Below, piece by piece: positions 13,043 to 16,986 of a DNA stretch of 16,986 nt. The stretch covers positions 1 to 16,986 of IMG/VR virus record IMGVR_UViG_3300029070_000006; one strand, 5' to 3'. This DNA comes from a virus. The notes under the pieces are model-generated. The model was given only the letters and a program-made list of their open reading frames with translations, did no database searches and was not told where the DNA came from. The first letter of the stretch is position 1, and each line of letters opens with the position of its first letter. Position numbers and translations under genes: made by a program.

Positions 13043-13882
13043 ATGCCGGCCGTGAGTATGCACAAAAAGCTGCCCCCTGCTCAGTGGCGGGACGAAATCA
13101 CCCTATGGCTCGAATCGCTCACGGCGGCGGGTCTCAGTCAGGACACGATCAACACGCGGCGGTGCAAGATAGGGCACGCGGCGCGGTGCCTGGATAAATC
13201 GCCCTATGACGTGACGTCAGAGGATCTAGTGCATTGGACGGCCTCGCAGTCCTGGAAGGCGGAGACGCGCAAGGGCTATCGGAATACGCTCGTCGGTTTT
13301 TTCCGGTGGCTGCATGCCACGGGCCGGCGCGCGGACGATCCGGCGGTCGCGCTGCCGAAGGTGCGCAAGACGCGGCCGCATCCCCGCCCGTGCCCCGACG
13401 CGCACATATACGCCGCCATGTGCGCCGCGAACGATGTGGAACGGCTCATGCTGCGCCTTGGTGCCGAAGCCGGGTTGAGACTGTCCGAAATCGCGGCCGT
13501 CCACTCGCGCGACGTGCTGGAAGGCGACGCCGGCCCGTCGCTGATAGTGCGGGGCAAGGGCGACAAACAGCGCATAGTGCCCATAAGCGAAGACCTGGCG
13601 AAGCGGATAACGGCCGCGCCCGGTTGGCTGTTCCCCGGCCGGTGGCGGGGACACGTCGAAAAATCGTATGTGTCCCGCCACCTCACACGGCTGCTGCCGG
13701 ACGGTTGGGGGCCGCACTCGCTGCGCCACCGGTACGCCACGCGCATGTACGAGACCACGCACGATCTGCTGCTGGTCTCGAAGCTGCTGGGACATAGCAG
13801 CGTGGAGACCACGCAAATCTACGTGGCGATGCCGGATAGCCGGCTGCGCGTCGGCCTGGACGCGGTGACGTTGGCCGGCTAG
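13043..13882 (+). CDS. int: Tyrosine recombinase/integrase, short XerC/D-like (279 aa; alternative starts GTG 13052, ATG 13058)
   Basis: Candidate catalytic residues: GLRLSE (R), KGDKQR (K), HSLRHRYAT (H-x-x-R), LGHSSVETTQIYV (H...Y). There is a SAM-like core-binding N-terminus but no obvious arm-binding domain. Confidence 0.85.
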   Translation: MPAVSMHKKLPPAQWRDEITLWLESLTAAGLSQDTINTRRCKIGHAARCLDKSPYDVTSEDLVHWTASQSWKAETRKGYRNTLVGFFRWLHATGRRADDPAVALPKVRKTRPHPRPCPDAHIYAAMCAANDVERLMLRLGAEAGLRLSEIAAVHSRDVLEGDAGPSLIVRGKGDKQRIVPISEDLAKRITAAPGWLFPGRWRGHVEKSYVSRHLTRLLPDGWGPHSLRHRYATRMYETTHDLLLVSKLLGHSSVETTQIYVAMPDSRLRVGLDAVTLAG

Positions 13883-13897
13883 ATTATTTGCCGGCCA
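13872..13897. terminator. Hairpin at the convergent int/holin gene ends (tggccggc-N10-gccggcca)
   Basis: An 8-bp GC-rich stem encloses both stop codons. There is no clear U-tract on either strand. Confidence 0.35.
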
Positions 13898-14204
13898 TGC
13901 GTAGAGGGTTGTAGGCGACGCCGAAACCGCCGGTGAGCACGCCGCCCGCGAAGATGATGTATTCGCCGATGTCGGCGTGGCCCGCGAGGGCGACGCCTCC
14001 ACCCGCGAGTACGGCGGCGAGGCCGACGACGTAGATCACCGTTCGGATGGTCTCGCTGAACACGGGGGTGTATCCCTTGCTTGCGTCGATCTGCGCGGCG
14101 GCTTTGTGGTCGGCCACGCCTGGTGTGTTCGTGTCCGTGGTGATGGTGTTGTTCTCGGCGGCGAGCATCTGCTCGCTGGTGGGCTGTTGCATGTCGGCGC
14201 TCAT
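13884..14204 (-). CDS. Holin-like membrane protein (106 aa, two TM segments)
   Basis: TM segments VIYVVGLAAVLAGGGVALAG and YIIFAGGVLTGGFGVAY. ATGA overlap with the amidase stop. Confidence 0.6.
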   Translation of the reverse strand: MSADMQQPTSEQMLAAENNTITTDTNTPGVADHKAAAQIDASKGYTPVFSETIRTVIYVVGLAAVLAGGGVALAGHADIGEYIIFAGGVLTGGFGVAYNPLRMAGK

Positions 14205-14986
14205 TTGGCGGTGTCCTTCTCCTGTGCGGTCATGGTGATGACGAGTTTGTCGATTTTGTCGCTGACGGCCTTGGCGGTCCTGTCGGCGATGTCCTCGGGG
14301 TTGCTGCCGAGCGCCGTGGTGAGCTTGTCGATCTGCCGCTGCTGGGCCGCGACGGTTGCCTGCAGGGCAGTGACGGCTTTCTTCACGTCGCTGATACGGC
14401 CGGGCAGTTCGTAGTTGATGGCGTTGTACATGTTGCCGCCCAACGCGCTCTTGTTGTAGTTGTATCCCCATATTTCGGCTGCTGTTGCCATGTCGATGTC
14501 TCCGTATCCGTTGATTTGGTTTGCTTTGTTGATGATGTACCGCCAGTTGAGCCCGTTCGGGCACAGGTCCGGGCAGGCCGGGTGCGCGTAGGGAGGCACG
14601 TCCCGGTGCAGGAATATGTTCCTGCCGCGTTCCAGCTTGCCGAACCCGTACCGGCGGGCGATGTCCGCGCATAGGCGGGCGCTGGCGTCGAGGCATGCCT
14701 GGGTGCATGGGATGAAGTCGAGTCCGCCCTGGTGCTCGATGCTGATGGTCTGGCAGTTGCTTGTGTAGCTGCCGTCCGCCCATGCGGCATCCGTCTCGGC
14801 GACGTACTGGTGGGTCTCCCCGTTGCCGCCGATGCCGTAGGTGCTTGATGCCTGGTATGAGGCACGCTGGAAGATGTTGTCGGTGCCGGCGAGCCAGCCG
14901 GCCATGATGTGAAGGGTGATGCGTGTGACGCGGTATCCCCTTCGCCCCGCGTAGTGGTTGGGGCTGCCTATCCATGTGATGCTCAT
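14201..14986 (-). CDS. Endolysin: N-acetylmuramoyl-L-alanine amidase (Amidase_2/PGRP type) with a coiled-coil C-terminus (261 aa)
   Basis: ITLHIMAG...STYGIG..G..HQYV...AWADG...NCQTISIEH...LHRDV....CPD match Amidase_2 motifs. AAGGA RBS. The long upstream extension in the ORF track (from 15082) is rejected. Confidence 0.8.
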   Translation of the reverse strand: MSITWIGSPNHYAGRRGYRVTRITLHIMAGWLAGTDNIFQRASYQASSTYGIGGNGETHQYVAETDAAWADGSYTSNCQTISIEHQGGLDFIPCTQACLDASARLCADIARRYGFGKLERGRNIFLHRDVPPYAHPACPDLCPNGLNWRYIINKANQINGYGDIDMATAAEIWGYNYNKSALGGNMYNAINYELPGRISDVKKAVTALQATVAAQQRQIDKLTTALGSNPEDIADRTAKAVSDKIDKLVITMTAQEKDTAK

Positions 14987-14993
14987 CGCATGC

Positions 14994-15278
14994 TTATTCC
15001 TTTCCGTCGTCGTTGTCCTGGAAGAGCCCGTCGGGCGCGCTCGGTGGCGGTGGAGGCGCGCGCCGCCATATCGCGTCCACAAGTTCCCTGTTCCACAACC
15101 ACAGGAGCTGTCGGTCTCGGGCGCTTTGGTCGAGTTGGCGTTGCGCCTCGATGAGCAGGCGGCTGGCGTCGGTGTCCTTGTCGCTGCGTGTCTTCGCCCA
15201 TGTGGCCACGAACTGGACGCACGCGCCTACGGCCACGCCTCCCGTGCCGATGAGTGCGCTGATTATCGATTCGGTCAT
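14994..15278 (-). CDS. Small membrane protein (94 aa, one N-terminal TM plus coiled coil), possible lysis accessory or second holin
   Basis: MTESIISALIGTGGVAVGACVQFVATW is followed by a charged helix and a PPPPP tract. ATGA overlap with the upstream tail gene. It lies directly upstream of the amidase. Confidence 0.45.
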   Translation of the reverse strand: MTESIISALIGTGGVAVGACVQFVATWAKTRSDKDTDASRLLIEAQRQLDQSARDRQLLWLWNRELVDAIWRRAPPPPPSAPDGLFQDNDDGKE

Positions 15279-15901
15279 GCGATCGCGTAGCTCAGCGAGC
15301 AGCCGAAAAAGGCAGTACCTTGGGTGCCACCATTGTTGGTGTAGTCCATGGTGCCGTCGGCACGGACGTTGATGGTTTTCTGGTTGGCTCCGTCGCGGCC
15401 GCCGAAGCTGAAATTGAGGTCGAACAACGGCCACCATCCTTCGGGGAGCTTTCCGAAGTCGCCTTTGGCCCACGAGCCGCTGGCCGAACTTTTCCAGTCG
15501 ATTCGCAGTGTGGCGAGCTTGCCGCGCCTGTATCCCTTGATGGTGCCGTAGGTACTGTTAATAAGCATGACAGTTGAGGAATCTTCGGCGAGTATGTCGG
15601 ACACGTCGGAGATCGTCGCGATGCGCGCCCACGCGCTGCCGGTCCAGCAGTACGGTCCGTTGTTGCCTTCGGCGGGGTCGGCGGTCACGTAGCCGGCCTG
15701 TCCCGTAACGCCGGTGATGCCGGCCAACGTTTCCAAGGTGGTGGCTATGGCGGGTTTCACGCCGGCCGGGGTGTTGCGGCTGTCCACCTCGTTGAGTGCG
15801 TTCTCGAAGCCCTCGGCCATGGTCTTGAACTGGGCGGGCGCGCTTGACACGAGGTCGCCGGCCTCGATGTAGGGCAGGCCATAGATCGGTGTGGTTTTCA
15901 T
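15275..15901 (-). CDS. Minor tail protein / candidate receptor-binding protein (208 aa)
   Basis: The N-terminus MKTTPIYGLPYIEAGDL...FENALNEVD resembles conserved actinophage tail-fibre N-termini. ATGA overlap with the upstream tail gene. The upstream extension to 16366 in the ORF track is rejected. Confidence 0.6.
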   Translation of the reverse strand: MKTTPIYGLPYIEAGDLVSSAPAQFKTMAEGFENALNEVDSRNTPAGVKPAIATTLETLAGITGVTGQAGYVTADPAEGNNGPYCWTGSAWARIATISDVSDILAEDSSTVMLINSTYGTIKGYRRGKLATLRIDWKSSASGSWAKGDFGKLPEGWWPLFDLNFSFGGRDGANQKTINVRADGTMDYTNNGGTQGTAFFGCSLSYAIA

Positions 15902-16986
15902 GGTTCCTCCGTGATGGTGGTTGGTTGCTGATAGGTGTGGACGAGGGATAGTTCGGCGAGGGTGAGTGCGCATTGACTCCACGTGGCGGGCCATGCGCCC
16001 ATGCTTGCCCAGGTGGTCGCGGTCGCGGCGGCTACTGGTAGAGGCCATAATGTGACCTCGTTGCGTAGGTGGGGTTTGCCGGCAGACCATTGATAGGTAA
16101 GGGTGCCGCCGATGCTGGCCCACACGCCGCCCGCCGACGGTTTTGCGTCGTCTCCGGTGAGCCGTGAGGTGATGTCTCCTTGGATGACGAGCGGTCCGCT
16201 GCTGGCGGTGAGGTAGAGGCGTGCGTGTATGGCGGGGTCGAGCCGCCGGCTGTCGAACACGATGGTGTCCGAGCGCAGTCGCCGGTCCATCGCGACGAGC
16301 AGTTGGGCGAATGTCTCCCGCTCGTCGGACGATGGCGTCCACACGGTGCCGGAGGCCCTGCCCCATACGCCCTCGGACGTGTCGGCGGAGACCACGTCCG
16401 ATTCCACGGTGATGCTGGATTGGGTGATGGTCAGGTTGGCCGGCAGCAGGCCAAGGGCGGTGAGCTCGGTCTCATGCTCGTCGAATTCCAGTGCGCCGTC
16501 GTTGGATTTCGCGTTTTTGCCCTGGATGGTGAATTGGGTGACTGGTTCGGGGATGACGATGGTCTGCTCGTCGTCGGTGATGATGTCGGTGGCGTCGAGG
16601 CCGTCCAGCGTCTCTCCGGTCCAATCGGTCACGGTGAGTCGGGCTGTGTCGTCGATGCCGATGCTTGCGGGAGCGCCGAACGGCATGTAGTCGATGCGAC
16701 TCGCGTCACGGTCGGGGTATTCGTACCATATCGGCCACATTCTGGAGTGAGCGTAGGTGCGGTGGAGCAGGTCGAGTTGCGATGGACAATCGTCGGTCCG
16801 GTAGGGTGCCACGGATGCGGTGGTGTCGAGGCCGTTGACGTTGGCCTGTGGCGCGTCCGCCTCCTTGGCGCGTCGGTTGAGCTCCGTCAGCCGTTCTGCT
16901 GTGGTGCCGACCCAGTGCAGGCCCGTGTAACGTGCATCGGATGATACGGGCCCTTGTTTCTGCAATCTTTTCCACAGGATCATGCG
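15898..16986 (-). CDS. Minor tail protein in the Dit position, C-terminal part (continues from 1..540 across the junction)
   Basis: Same frame as 1..540 through the 99-nt overlap. The apparent ATG at 16983 is internal (equivalent to position 96). Confidence 0.7.
   Translation of the reverse strand, partial: RMILWKRLQKQGPVSSDARYTGLHWVGTTAERLTELNRRAKEADAPQANVNGLDTTASVAPYRTDDCPSQLDLLHRTYAHSRMWPIWYEYPDRDASRIDYMPFGAPASIGIDDTARLTVTDWTGETLDGLDATDIITDDEQTIVIPEPVTQFTIQGKNAKSNDGALEFDEHETELTALGLLPANLTITQSSITVESDVVSADTSEGVWGRASGTVWTPSSDERETFAQLLVAMDRRLRSDTIVFDSRRLDPAIHARLYLTASSGPLVIQGDITSRLTGDDAKPSAGGVWASIGGTLTYQWSAGKPHLRNEVTLWPLPVAAATATTWASMGAWPATWSQCALTLAELSLVHTYQQPTTITEEP
16888..16986. repeat. Terminal overlap, copy 2 (identical to 1..99)
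   Basis: Same 99-nt string as 1..99. Confidence 0.95.

Larger units (their letters stand above)
1..16986. mobile_element. Complete, circularly closed small temperate siphovirus-like phage/prophage genome (16,887 bp unique)
   Basis: Nt 1..99 equal nt 16888..16986. Gene content covers a full lysogeny, packaging, head, tail and lysis set. A tail ORF reads continuously across the junction. Confidence 0.8.

Noticed and set aside
13226-14975. Long ORFs 13226..14002(-), 13234..13797(+), 13276..13812(-), 13884..14975(-, 363 aa) and 14383..14865(-)
   Set aside because: These are shadows of the integrase and amidase genes. Only the last 106 codons of 13884..14975 (from ATG 14204) look like a real two-TM membrane protein.
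15275-16366. The 363-aa version of ORF 15275..16366(-) and the 159-aa version of 14994..15473(-)
   Set aside because: The N-terminal extensions are His/Arg-rich off-frame readings of the upstream genes. ATGA-coupled internal starts at 15901 and 15278 give plausible proteins.
1-16986. A phage satellite (PICI or capsid-forming PICI-like) given the small size, int, Xis-like gene, HNH and terminase
   Set aside because: The element encodes its own complete tail (tube, chaperones, TMP, tip proteins) and lysis cassette, so a helper phage is not obviously required.

Overview
The first 99 nt (1..99) are identical to the last 99 nt (16888..16986). The window is therefore one closed genome of 16,887 unique bp, broken arbitrarily inside a tail gene. 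It is a high-GC, actinobacterial-type (possibly Bifidobacterium-like) miniature temperate siphovirus or prophage. Almost all genes lie on the minus strand and are packed with ATGA/GTGA/TGATG stop-start overlaps. In minus-strand transcription order the genes are as follows. The early arm holds a Cro-like HTH, a low-GC membrane protein, a 57-aa ORF, a roughly 420-nt ORF-free structured region, a 109-aa ORF, an Xis-like HTH and an HNH endonuclease fused to a P-loop NTPase. The late arm holds TerS, TerL, an HK97-type portal, a fused prohead protease-major capsid protein, two small beta-sandwich ORFs, a gp6-like connector, a terminator-like protein, the tail tube, a gp10-like protein, chaperone G/GT, the tape measure and two tail-tip proteins. 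A membrane protein, an amidase and a holin follow. On the plus strand an XRE-type repressor-like gene sits directly upstream of a short XerC/D-sized tyrosine integrase. A tRNA 3-prime-end fragment (candidate attP core) lies inside the 3-prime end of that repressor ORF, which ends in ...LAA. No replication genes, full RNA genes or CRISPR arrays are visible. The main leads are: (1) a repressor(attP)-integrase layout like integration-dependent immunity; (2) a C CCA AAA -1 slippery site one codon before the capsid stop, opening into a Pro-linker plus beta-sandwich ORF that has no ATG; (3) a second canonical -1 site (A AAC CCT) for chaperone G/GT; (4) a structured non-coding block with clustered GAGAC/GTCTC motifs; (5) the HNH-P-loop fusion; and (6) the very small, replication-gene-free temperate genome. 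All functional calls come from motif recognition by eye, because no database search was possible.
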